DNA of 62,996 bases, the filler included, from Folioceros fuciformis (taxonomy: Eukaryota): the NCBI GenBank assembly GCA_049999805.1. It is 16 parts of 16 records of this genome, joined end to end, with 100 filler letters (N's around TTAATTAATTAA, not from the genome) between each part and the next. Parts side by side here need not be neighbours in the genome. Positions count along the whole stretch, not along the records: positions 36,842 to 52,545 come from JBNGIO010004364.1; 15 more parts are not named here. One strand, written 5' to 3'. Under the pieces are notes generated by a model, which did no database searches, was not told where the DNA came from, and worked only from the letters and a program-made list of their open reading frames with translations. Made by a program: the position numbers and the translations under genes. Position 1 is the stretch's first letter, and each line of letters begins with the position of its first letter. Shown here in pieces: positions 36,842 through 49,540 of this stretch.

Positions 36842-39800
36842 ATGGCCAAATTGGTTCCTTGCCTCCCTTACCTCTCTGTGAAGCATGTATACTTTCTATG
36901 CGCCATAAGGTTGCCTTCAAGAATAAGGCTCCACATCGAGCTTCTGAAGTGCTTGAATTGGTCCATACTGATATCTGTGGACACCTTTCACGGCCCTCTA
37001 TTGGTGGAGGTCGTTATTTCCTCACATTCACAGATGACAAAACACGTTTTGTTACAGCTTATATATTGAAGGCTAAAAGTGAATGTTTCTCTCTATTCAA
37101 AGAATAGATAAAATATGTAGAGAGATGGACTAGACAATAATTAAAAACACTTCGCTCAAACAATGGGGGCGAATACACTTCAAATGAATTTCAAACATTT
37201 TGTGAAAATGAAGGGATTAGTAGACAACTTACCATTGTTTACACGCCACAGTAGAATGGCGTTGCAGAACGCCTCAACCTCACTCTTCAGGAGATGGTCC
37301 CTTCACTGCTGCATCATGCAGCTTTACCCCTACCATATTGGGTCGAAGCCCTTATGACATCTGTTTACCTGTTAAACAGATTGCCAACCACTGCTGTTGA
37401 AGGGCATACACCATATGAAGCATTTCTTTGCAGAAAACCTTCTATTGAACATCTTCGTACCTTTGGGTGTATTGCTTATGCCTTCATCCATAAGGAGAAG
37501 AGAAAGAAATTATCTGCAAAGGCCAGAAGACTTCTTATGATTGGCTACACAAAGGGGATAAAAGCTTACAAACTCTATGACATCTCTCATGACAAAGTGA
37601 TTTACTCACGCAATGTTACATTTGATGAGGGAAACTTTCTACCTTCAGTAGGAGCTTCTCCCACTTTAGAGGCTGATGATACATCTTTCTCTTTCGATGA
37701 TGTAACCTTGTTTGATGATTCTCCTCATGAGGATGTTGCTCCTGCAAGGGGGGAAGATCAACAAGGTCAACTAGTGCCTCAACAGGAAGAGTTAGTAGTT
37801 GATGCAGAAGATAATCATAACTTTGATGATCTGCAGCAGCAACCTCCTCTTGACGAGCAGCTACCTGTCCTGACCCCACAACTAGTACGCCATTACCCTG
37901 CTAGAGAACGTCGAGCACCTGATTATTATCAAGCGCCTGACTTTAGACCTATCTCTTCCTATGCTCAGGCACACTCTCTCACTTTCCTGGACCCACTTGA
38001 GCCTTAGTCTCTACAGGAAGCTTTAAGTCGACTTGATTATAAGGAAAGGGAGAAAGCCATTCAATTGAAATACGATTCCCTAATTGAAAATGGTACCTAG
38101 GAGATAACTAAACTTCCTCTTGGCAGAAAACTGGTATCCTGCAAGTGGGTATTTAAATTGAAAGTAAAGGTTGATGGTACCTTGGATAGGTACAAAGCTA
38201 GGCTTGTTGCGAGAGGCTTCTCTCAAATTCCTGGCCTTGACTTCTTCGAAACCTTTGCTCCAGTTATCAAACTTGCTACACTGCGAACCATGTGTACAAT
38301 TTCAGCTCACAGAGACTACGAACTGCAGATGTTTGATGTCAAAACAACATTCTTAAACGAGAAGATAGATGTAGAGATCTATATGCAGCAACCGCCTGGC
38401 TATGAGATTCAAGGCAAGGAGGAATATGCCTGCAAACTTAAGAAGTGTTTGTATGGACTGAAACAGTTTGCTATGAAATGGAATGAAGAACTGGACAAGG
38501 AACTTCTAACTTTAGGCTTTACAAAAAGTAAAGTTGATGGTAGCTTATACATATACAAAACCACAGAGGTAATATGTTACTCAGCTGTATATGTTGACGA
38601 TCTTATACTCTCCAGCAATACTCAGTCATATATTGATAAGATCACTAATCTCCTGGCCACAAAATTCAAAATGTCAATCTTGGTCCACTTCAAAGTTGCC
38701 TAGGTATCTATATTCAAAGGAATAGACGAACTAGGGTTATTACTCTAACTCAACCAAGATACTTACTTGTCTGTGCTGAACAATTCGGCCTCAAAGATGC
38801 TAAAACAATGGCTACACCCCTCCCAAGTGGCTTAAAGCTCAGCAAGAGCATGTCAGCTGTTACATAAAGTGACAAGGATCAGATGGTCAACGTTCCCTAC
38901 AGACAAGTAGTTGGTAAACTTATTTACGCTGCTAACACAACCAGACCTGAAGTCGCCTATGCAACTAGTGTCCTGTCGCAATATCTCGAGAACCCTGGAC
39001 AGTAACACTGGAGCTGTGTTAAACGAGTACTTCGGTATCTGAAGGGAACAGCAAACAGAGGCATACAATACTATTACCAATCAAGAGTTCCTCTTGACTT
39101 GAAGGTTTACACAGACTCTAACTACGATGGAGATCTGGACACTAAAAAGTTCGTATCTGGATATTGTGTTTGTGTCGCTGGAGGACCCATATGCTGATCC
39201 AATAAAAAGCAGCCAATAGTGGCGCTGTCCAGCACTGAAGCTGAATATCGAGTACTAACAGCAGCAGCTAAGGAAATAGTATGGTGCAAGCTTCTATTTT
39301 CAGAAATGTGGATTGACATTCCAACTTGCACAACTATACACACAAACAACCAAGGCTCGATTGCTCTTGCTAAGAACCTAGTCTACCACTCAAGGATGAA
39401 ACACGTGGAAGTCGAATACCACTACATTCGTGAGTTAGTATCTGCAGGAACAATCAAACTCTAATATATTTCCACACAAGACAATCCAGCAGATGTCTTA
39501 ACCAAAGCTCTTGGACGAGAGCTACATGAAAAACATGTAAAGGGTCTTGGACTAGGGGAGTCAGAGACTTTCCTAGCTGATCCAACCTAAACTATGCTAC
39601 TTACAAGACCCGCCTACTACTCACTGTCATACTCACTGTCATACTCACTGTCAGACACATACACTGCTGCTGAGGTTTTCTTTGGGTTGCCAGAGTCATT
39701 ATCAGTACTAGATGATAGCTATATATAGTCCTCACTAAGCACTCTGTTTTCCATGATCTTGTGCACAGAACCTGTAGAGTGAGTTACATGTCAACAACAA

Positions 39801-40260
39801 ACGATTTTCAGAACCAGTGGGAGTAGAGAGCGGAAAAGACACATGGAAGGTTGAACTTAGGGTAGTAGCTGATAACATGGCCTAGAAACTCGCCACTCTC
39901 ACGGACCCTAATCCTCTCCATCACAATCGTGAACAAGACGAGAATGAATGTTGCACACCTGTTTTCAAGAGGTTTCTTTTGGGCACGCTCCAACAAGCAC
40001 CCTACTATGGAGTTTTGAGGCGAAGAGTAGGAGGGAACCAAGCACTCGCAGTTCATGGCTGAAGTCTCAGCTGGTTCTCGCACGTAAAGACTGATACCAG
40101 CGAAGCAAGACTGTGAATTTATTGCTCGACATCATCAACAAGTGGGAGTGTTGAGAGATAGTGTTGATAATATCTAGCCAATTAAAGGCACATATATAGT
40201 GGTTTACAGGGGTACTTAGAATAAATAATTATGTTTGTTAGGGTTGCGACTTATAGCGAA
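36842..40260 (+). mobile_element. Ty1/copia element C (IN-RT-RNase H, PPT, start of 3' LTR), degenerate
   Basis: HTDICG, YKARLVARGFSQ, VYVDDL and ALSSTEAEY motifs. PPT AAGTGGGAG at 40140-40148 is followed by TGTTGAG. Confidence 0.9.
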
Positions 40261-41739
40261 CAGTTATGTCGTTTAAGTTAGAGCTATAGTGTCTTTTCAA
40301 CATATGTCTTAAGCTCTTCTTGATACACACAATGTAATCCAACAATATTATTCTTAATATAGACAAGTTTATTTGTTAACTTGCCAGCTTCCCGAAGCTT
40401 GAGAAGGAATGAAAACAAGTGATAACTTTTTTCAAGCTGCTGAGCGGATCTTGCATGCTGCCTTGGGCATTTGGGAGAGCTAGGATTCTTGACTTGTGCC
40501 AATTTGCTGACACCTTGTCGAATCTGATTCTGCACATCCAACACGAGCTCTTGATCTTTGATGACAAATCCTCTCTTCTTGCACAAGTGCCTCCATTCCT
40601 CATCTGACAACTTTAACTTTCCTTCTCCTCTATCTGTCCCATTAGGCCCCTTACGCCTCTTTCAAGGATCCTAATTAAGCTCCATATCCTCAGCTTCTTC
40701 TCCCTCATCTCTATCTAGCACACTCATTGTATGCGAAACTCTTTTCCCTTCTTCCAACTCACTCCTTGTTGCAGGGTTCCTCCCCAACTTCTTGTTGTTT
40801 CCTTTTTTCCTAATTGACCTCGGGCATCTTGCCCCTCTCTTACATCTTTTGTCTTTACCTCCCACCACCGTTGAGCCCTCAGCAAGATTTTCAACTTTCC
40901 CAACTTCAACTCCATTGTTAGACCTTAACGTCAAACGAGTTTGTCTTATGTTGGCTCAAGTTATTCTAAAAGTTTTAGTTGTAGGTCTTCTCATTTTGAC
41001 AATGTTTACACCTATTATGTAATGTTTCAAAATTAAAATTAAAAAAGTTTCAAATACAGTCCACTCCTCACACTGGTTTGTATCCAAACCAACAAGGAAA
41101 CAGAGTGGAGTACACGAGCTCAAAGACGTGATGTCTTGAGTTGTTCCACTCCAAGTTTTGCTCACCACTTTTTCTCTTTAGACACTCTTTCTTAAGCACC
41201 ACCATGTCCTCACAAAAGACCTCTTATTGGCTTCAATTGTGAGGTCTAGAACTCCCTACTATGAGCCGTTGCAAACTTTGTTGTCGCTTCTCCCTATCTT
41301 CCTCCTCTTCTTTGAATTCTTAATTTTTACTTTCTTGTGATTGAGCCTCAAACTCCAACTTTGAAAAACATTTTTTTTCCAGCAGATTGGAGCATTCTTC
41401 CTTCTTTACAAACTTTCCTACCACAGCCTTGTCCATTGACTAGCACCCTTTAATGTGTTCCGATTGGTCTGCAAAACCTCTCACACATCATTCAAAGTTG
41501 GAATGCTCAAACAATTTCAACTCAATAGCTTTTCACTTCAGCTCCACAATAGCTGCTACAAAAGAAATCAAAACTTTGTATGCTCTACACTTATAAATTA
41601 TTTCTACACTACTGTGCTCTTCTCACTAGTGCTACCCTTTGTATCTGACTGCACCTTGATATGCTTAGACTCAAACACAAATGTCTCCAAGTTTAACCTA
41701 TGAGATCTCCTAACTTGCAAATTGCTTATAATTGCACCC

Positions 41740-44080
41740 TCACCAACCTTCCATGTAGCGAAGGCTGTACGATAGGTTCCCCTCCCGACTTAGTATGGCC
41801 CCTACTTTCGTCCCCAACTCTCCTACCAGTCCTCCTCCGAAGCGAAAGGCGAAAGCTCCACTGGCATAGATTCCCTTGCCCAAATGGTGGAACATTCGAG
41901 TGATGGCCACAATGGGCAGACGGATTTTGCTACAAAGTGTCCCACCACCCACTAGTCCGGAGTTGGAGGACTTCTTGGCTCCAATACCTGGGCTTGCAGG
42001 TGTGCCCAAAACCAGGGAGGAGGCGAATCGCATGGAGTTGGTCCGGTTAGCTACGTAGTTGGACTACAACGAGCGGCACGGGATCGGGCTGATCGGAGTG
42101 AAACGGCCTCCTTCACCTCACGGAAGGAAGAAGGGACGAAGTTTGCACTCCCCCAGCTCGCCACTAGCTAGAGTGATCTCGACTCGAGCACCCAAACCTG
42201 CCCAAGAGGAATCTGATCGCCATAGGACTTTTCTGCAATCCATCGTCTTGGAAGACCTCATTGAAGGAGGTATCACGGACCCGGAGGGCAACTGGACGAC
42301 ATCCTTCGGGAGGGCGCAACTTCCGCCCAACTATCGGTTCTACTCCGGTGCCACATCAAAAGGTGCCACCTAAGCAGCCCAAGGGATTGTCATGTCTGTG
42401 GCAGAAGGACTGGCATGGTCCTTTGTGCAGGTTGCAGCTTGGGAAGGCGAGAACATTCCCCTCCGGAGGTAGCTGATTGAGTTAGTAACTCAGCTATCTG
42501 CCTTAAAAGAACGAATTGTAGGGCATATCGCTGAACTCCAAGAGGAGTCCAGTAAGCGTCGGGAGGAGCATGACAAGTGCTTACGGGGGCTAGCAGAGCT
42601 GAAGGCCTACGTTGCGGAACGAATGGCGGCTATGGAGAGGTAGCTCGAAGAAGCATAAGGCGAGAGCACTTGGTCACAAGCAGCCATGGAGTCTATCCAT
42701 GTGAAGGAGCGTCAGGCCTACACAAAGTGGGAGACAAATGCCCAAGATACCTGGCGGCAGCATATAGTGGATCGGGTTCACTATCGGAAGGAATGGAACT
42801 GGGTAATTGAGGGGGAGAAGGACTCCTCTCGAAAGGTAGCTAAGGTGGCCCAGCAGCAAGAAGAGCTGCGCGGAAGACTTCGAGCGGTGCAGGCCGGGGA
42901 AAAGGGGGCACAACACAAAGTCTAGACCTTGAAGGCTAACCTCGCAAAGATATGCAAAGCCATGGGCAGGCATGGGAGGAAGAGCGGACGACGTTTGTGA
43001 GACGCGACAACAACCTATGGACCAAGACGGAAGAGTTGCAGGCCCAATTGGTAGATTATTGAGCATAAGAGGACCATGCGGAAGTGACCCTCCTCTGAGC
43101 CCAGGCAGAGGTTATCTCCAACCTCCAGCTCCAAGAATCGACCATGGTCACTTCGGTGGCCCTTGGGGAACTTTGGAGGTACGTTGTGTCGGCAACAACA
43201 CAACACACCAACGTGCTAGGCACCGGTGGCGGGCGAAGTATCGAACACTGTGGCGGATGGTGGTGGATGCCATCCAGCGGCTTGATGATAGTCATGCATT
43301 CTTCCATAGTGAAGTCCTCCGGATCTTGAGTGAGATTGTGGAGGCTGTGGCAACCACAACTACTCTGGTACCTTCCTTCGGCGACCGCACCGCATCGAGT
43401 AGTCCAAAGCTCCAAACTCACAAACCTACTTCCCTGGACCTTGACCTCCAACTCTTGGTTCATTCACCCCAGGCTGGCTCCGTTGACTTGCCCATCCCAA
43501 TCGGTGGGGTGGAATCTCCTCTCGACCCCACCTCACCCACAGGATCCGCTCCAGCGACACCCTCCCCCGGTCCCACCCCTTCTACTCCGCCGTCTTCTCA
43601 TTAAGGCGCGGTGTCAGTTATTAGCCGGCTCCTGACTGAATCAGACTGTTACCCCAAAAATACCTATCGGAGCTTTCCTCCGAGCGTCCACCAGAGTTTT
43701 TTTCGGAGTCCGACGAAATGGAGAGGACTTGAAAAAGTAAGTATTTACAACGAAGGCGAGTTTCCGGAGTGGGTGGCATGTCGGACCCTACCCCACCAAT
43801 TCGGCCTCCGGACTGACAGTTGGGATAGTTCGTTCAAGAAGTAGTACCCTACCATCATGTAGAAGGCGAGGTGTAACCGCCATGGACGGTTGGAGGCGTT
43901 CTCGCATAAGAACGTAAGAGCTTGTTGTTGCCTACACCGGCCAATACGCCCATCCCCCTTCTCTCTCTCCCTCCCGCCCGTCACCTTGGCCTCATTCCGT
44001 TAGCTCTTCCTTGCTCTGGCCTGCCTCCGCTCTCTCTCGCTCTTGCCCATCTCCACCTTCGCCTTCTGCTGTGCCACAAC
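41740..44080 (+). mobile_element. Degenerate coiled-coil/Pro-rich ORF region, probably retroelement accessory DNA
   Basis: Chain of plus-strand ORF pieces (41876, 42059, 42686, 42972) broken by TAG/TAA/TGA. No recognisable catalytic motif. Confidence 0.35.
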
Positions 44081-45175
44081 GCTGATAAAATCCTAGCAGT
44101 AGGATTGCATCTAATCTAGCATGATTAGGATTGCATCTAGTCTAGCGTGATCGAGATGCAATGCTCATAAAGATATTTTGTGTTTAGCTGCCAAAAGTGT
44201 ATACAAAGTGTGTCTTAAATAGTGTCACTAGGTGTCTCTTCCAAAGAGGCACACCCGTTCGTGATTACTAAATACTATTAATTACTGTCTACGATAACTA
44301 GCTAGTCGGCAGGGGGCAGATTATCCATTCCATAATAGACGTGTTCCTGCTTCCAACCTATGGGAAGGCACACATCAGGCTCATCATCGTACATGAAATT
44401 TCTATGTTTTAAGATAGCCAAAATTGAGTTTCACCATGTTATTTGGCTATGGAGATACCCAAATGAGACTAAAAAAATATGGTTCGTGATTTGATGTGCT
44501 GAATCCAAATGCATGATGATCCGAGAGTTTTAATTTTTGAAATAATTCATTAGGTTGTAAAAAAAAGGTTAAAGTTTCTTTTGAACACGAGTCTTCTATC
44601 CTGGTTGCAAGTCGGGGAGCCGATTTCGGTTAGTGGTCCGGCCGGAATCGGGCCAAGGATTGTCTGTAGTCTATATGAAAGTAAAAAGTAAGGAAGAAAA
44701 CGGATAACCCGGGTTTCCTGGTCCTGTGCACTTAGTGTGCGACGGATAGGGTGACACCGCAGATCTTGGTTGGTCTTGGAAGACATGCCATTGCAGAGAC
44801 AAGAGACATTTGCACGATCTCGATTCGCCAACCAGACACAGCGTCAGGCTGGCTGAATGCTATCGAATAGTGCTGAGGGCTGGCCCGGGGAAAGGTGAAC
44901 CATGTCGGACGTGCTGCCCGTGTGTGGGCGCGTTGTAGACGTGCAGAAGCTTTGATGAATCAAAGCCCAAATTTAGCATTTCATGTGACAGCCCAGTCTA
45001 GCATCCAGCCTGGCCCGCTAAACGCAGGAGCCGTTACTTATTCCGCGGGTCTCGGATACTGTCGTTCATCATTGCAGGAGCAGGAGCCATTTGTGGACAG
45101 TATGTACAGTATTCTGCTGTACTTGCTATTCATCATTGGACTCTCGATCAGTATTGTTGGGATATCGATTCCACC

Positions 45176-45340
45176 ATGACCATCATAAGGGGTGACGACA
45201 ATTTCATCGCCTCCTCCATCTTCTCGGCCGATTGCTCCGTAAGCAGGTTCGGAGGTGCTGTTGGAGACATTGCCGACCGCGCTGAACTGCAATGTGGGCC
45301 TGCCCAATCCGGCTCCTCTGGCCTAGTGTGTGCAGACGCT
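45176..45340 (+). pseudogene. Truncated paralogous fragment of the root-cap protein C-terminus
   Basis: DDNFIASSIFSADCSVSRFGGAVGDI-ADRAELQCGPAQSGSSGLVC aligns with DEDFLASSIFSADCSVNRFGGAAGDIISNLAELQCGPAKSGTSGMVC at 47790-47935. Confidence 0.85.
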
Positions 45341-46622
45341 GTGAGACATACGCAATACGCCGCACTTCTTCTTCACATGATAATTCTTCCGGATGGAAGG
45401 GTTCTGTTAGCCTTGCTAATGTGCAGTTTACAATTGTGAATCGAGCTCGCGAGTTCAGGACGCAAGGCTTGTGCGAGTCAGTGGCACTGGCTGCACGCGA
45501 GGTTGACAAGCAGCAATCCTATTTTGCTCTCTGCATTGATGTTGGAAGGACACAAACCAGTCCTGGTGGCCAGTGGGTTCATGTACTACACATATTTTCA
45601 GTCCGTCCTGTCTTTCGTTCCACACAATGTCGCGAGTTTGTCAGTGAGTGAAAATTACTCATGCTATCAGCTAGTTACAGTCACTTACGCTTGCCCTACA
45701 CCACCACAGTACTGTAGATATATCATGTACCTACCGTAAATTTGGAAGCAGACCGTCAGGGTAGATGATCGATCCACGGCACATACTATATCCATACATA
45801 AATGGAATGTGTGTCCGAAGACAGCAGCCGCTGCCAGCCCTAGGGTCAAGCTAGCCCCCAAAGATGCAATCAGGGATATTTGTTAATGTGTTTGTGAGGC
45901 TACTACAGTAATGTACATACTGTACAGTATAGGGCTACCACTCCAAAGATCCGCAAGGAAGGACTATTCTAGGTGCAGACTTAGGTAGGTATAAATTGTC
46001 GGTGAACACGTTCGGCCTCGTGGCCTTAAAGGGCACCCGCAAAACAGGTCAAGTCCTCGGTAATCAGATGATTTTCCATAGCCAGCGTGCATCATAGCGG
46101 GAGCCTGCTGGCAGGTTTCCAGCTGTTCCACTAAAGTGTGCATCCACTAGGTTGGTGATGAGACGTACCAACGTGACTTGTTCATCAAGGGACCAATGTA
46201 CGTGTTACAACAAAGCCTGACTGTGTCCCTGAGCGCCTTATTTGGAAGTGGATTGTCACCACACCGCTCTGGTTGCCATCAAAACTGCCTCCCGAGTCAG
46301 ACTCCTTCGGATGTGGTGGTACATTGAGAGTAATGTACGAGACCAGTTTGCATAGGCCTAGTGGCGAATCTGCCTTAAAAAGGGTGTTGGTTCGACGGAC
46401 GGGCCATTCGTGTGCGAGCTAATACTGTAGTCTTGACGTGTGTCACAGAAGCCGATTACAGATGTATGTACACCGGGATTGTGGGAGACCCCTTCACTCC
46501 AATCCAATCAAGCCAATCCAAATCCAATATTCCAGCCTGTTAAAGTCGGGAATGCCCTTTTCCTCATGCTGGAACTTGGCTCGGCGTCCATGGACCCATC
46601 CAGAAATGCCGTTGCAGCAAGC

Positions 46623-46629
46623 TATAAAA
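46623..46629 (+). promoter_or_regulatory. Candidate TATA box
   Basis: TATAAAA about 125 bp upstream of ATG 46748. Confidence 0.45.
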
Positions 46630-46747
46630 TCCTGGAGCGCAAGCACTTTTGTCATCGCAGTGGTGAGTTGCAGGGACAGTCATTACATCCAGCATTCAAT
46701 ATCGGTGGGAAGCCCACTGCCCCGGTTGCTCCCACAGATTCGTAACC

Positions 46748-47941
46748 ATGGCAGCATCCACGAGGATAGCACTGCTTGTAGCACTACTGGTGGCCTTGCT
46801 GGCCGTACAGGCACTCGCCAAAGTCGACAGCAAGAAGGGAGGTGACGAGCAGGGTGGAGGAGACGACACGGGCAAGAAGGGAGNNNNNNNNNNAGGGCAA
46901 GGAGGGAGGTGATGAACACGGTGGAGGAGACGACAAGGGCGAGGAGGGAGGTGACGAGCACGGTGGAGGTGAGTTTGAATCTTGGAATGAAGAGTTTGGC
47001 AAGCAGACGGAATGGATACGTGATCGACGCCGGCGACCGACCAGTCCTTGCTACTGAACGATCCACGAGGCTGCAATATTGTGGAATGTTTGGTGTGCTG
47101 CCGGCAAGCAAATCTGCAACCTGTTGACAGGACTGCATGGTGTGACTGAACAGGCAGCGGTGGTGGAAACCCCTGCGACCAGCACGTATCCGTGTGCCAC
47201 GACCCGGTGCTCAAGACCCCCGGGGGCCAGCGCTTCTATTTCCACGGCCACAAGGATGCCGACTTCTGCCTCGTGTCCGATGCCCACATCCATGTGAACG
47301 CCCACTTCATCGGCCTGCGCAGCCCCTACAGAAGCCGTGATTTCACCTGGGTCCAGGCTTTGGGACTGCAGTTCGGCGCACACCAGCTCTACATCGGAGC
47401 CAAGAAAGTGTCGCAGTGGGACGACGCCCATGACCAGCTCGTCCTCACCTTCGATTCCGCTCCCGTCGTCCTCCCTGACGGAGCGGGAGCTGTGTGGCAG
47501 TCGTCCGCCGACGGCATCACCGTGGAGCGCCTGCGTGCCACCAACCTCGTCAAGATCGCAGTGGAAGGAGTGGTGAACATGTTGGTTAAGGTTGTGCCTG
47601 TTTCTCCGGAGGAGAACAGGACGCACAAGTACGGTGTGGACTACACCACCAACTGGATGGCCCACTTGGCCGTGAGCTTCAAGTTCGCTAAACTCACCAG
47701 CAACGTTCACGGTGTCTTGGGACAGACCTATGCGCCCGGCTTCAAGCTGCGGGACAAGCTTCCCGGCGAGCTCATGCCCGTCATGATGGAAGATGAGGAC
47801 TTCCTGGCCTCCTCCATCTTCTCCGCCGACTGCTCGGTAAACAGGTTCGGGGGTGCTGCTGGGGACATCATTTCCAATCTGGCTGAGCTGCAATGTGGCC
47901 CGGCCAAATCTGGCACCTCTGGCATGGTGTGCCGCCGCTAG
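46748..47941 (+). CDS. Secreted root-cap / LEA-related protein; exons 46748-46968 and 47154-47941
   Basis: Signal peptide MAASTRIALLVALLVALLAVQALA, then GGDEHGGGDD repeats and a phase-1 GTGAGT...AACAG intron. Exon 2 encodes VCHDP...FYFHGHKDADFCLVSD..HVNAHFIG...RDFTWVQALG...VHGVLGQTY...SSIFSADC, typical of the Root_cap family. Confidence 0.88.
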
Positions 47942-48820
47942 GTGTTAGGCCCAGGTTAGTCATAGTCAGCCTGCAGTTTTGCTACCTGTAGGGACATACA
48001 TTGGGTCCCATAATTTGGTCAGTACGAGCACCTACCGTAGCTTGAGAAATGATTCTATACGGCTAGGCCGAAATTCATATTATTTTTTGAAAAGGTAGTA
48101 TTCAGAAAAGTACTTTTTTAAATACTCCACACTTTAAATAGTCCACACTTTCTCTATATCTCGTAACCACATACTTTTTCTGAATACTACTAATGAATAC
48201 TCTTCTGATATTTGAATTGTTAAAAAAAATAATTTTTTCCATAAATAAATTTAAGAAACATGTACAACCTTTTGTGAAACAACGGGAAAGACCTCTAGTA
48301 GGTTTGGTACAATAATAGAGATTGTTTACAAAGTAGTGATAGATCCTCTATAAGAAGGAAAAACTAATCTATATACTTGAAAAATGATATAAATATAGAT
48401 TTTGATGATATAGAGAACAAAATGTAGCTAGTAAAATGAAAACAAAATGAAGACCCATGTATAGTGAAAAATGGAACATGCATATGTGGTTACGAGATAT
48501 AGAAGAATAGAGAGCTTCCCTCAATGTACATTTTCAAAGTAAATGGGTCCAGCACATATATTTGACCCATGATACTTTGATAACATGTCTTGATGCATGG
48601 AATATGGTACTTGGAATATAGTATTTGAGATATTTTCAATTGCATAGGTGTTACTTAGCAATGCAAAACATTTAGTTTATATATCTGCACTTCACGTAGG
48701 TTGTGCATGTTTCTCATCCTCAATTAAAGCTTCGTAATCAAGTGCTCCGTAGGCATATTAGTGTTGGGATAGTATCTTGCACATCTGGGCTCTAAGGCCC
48801 AAATGAATATCATCGTTCAT

Positions 48821-48922
48821 TTCTTTGTGTAGCCCCTTCTTATAGTATCTTGTAGTTCTTTGTGTAGCCCCTTCTTATAGTATCTTGTAGTTCTTTGTGT
48901 AGCCCCTTCTTATAGTGTCTTA
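48821..48922. repeat. 35-bp tandem repeat x3
   Basis: TTCTTTGTGTAGCCCCTTCTTATAGTATCTTGTAG. Confidence 0.9.
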
Positions 48923-49540
48923 TAGGAGAGCTTGACACATGGACCCTCCCCTACTCCTACACTAGCCGCCACAAACTTAAATACACACCTATCAAGATAC
49001 TAAGGCCCACCAATAATCTACTAGAGCAATACGCACCACTGAAAGTTGGGGATCATCGACGCCGCCATAGCAAATTCTTAGGCACCCCTCCAAAAGGGAG
49101 TGGCTAGCACTACTCCTGAAGGGAGGCGGGGTTTGAGCTGGGCCCTTCTCCATTATTGGGATCCATATTCTCTTGGATTTGCAAGCTTCCACTGAACCTC
49201 TCTTTGTAGTTATCTCTTAGGTCGTCTCTTTAGCACATCTACAAGATCACTCCTTGCGTGTGTAGGAAAAGGCTTGCTTATCTTTCAACTCAAAGAACTC
49301 CTCCCTTCAATGGAGGGTTTGTCTCCCTATGATCCTCCCTCCCTACGTAGGGTGAGGATGTCCCCTTCATAGCTAGGTTCTCTATTGCTCCTTTTGTCAC
49401 AGGTAGGCTCCCTACCCCCTTCCTAGGGAGGTTTCCTACCATTCCCAACGTAGGTATGTTTTCTACGTTTGTAGGCTCTCTAACACTTTCTTTTTGTAGG
49501 TAGCCACCTTTTGTAGGTTGGATTCTACATAGGGATCTTC

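Noticed and set aside
47051-47893. 280-aa minus-strand ORF
   Set aside because: Antisense shadow of the GC3-rich root-cap exon.
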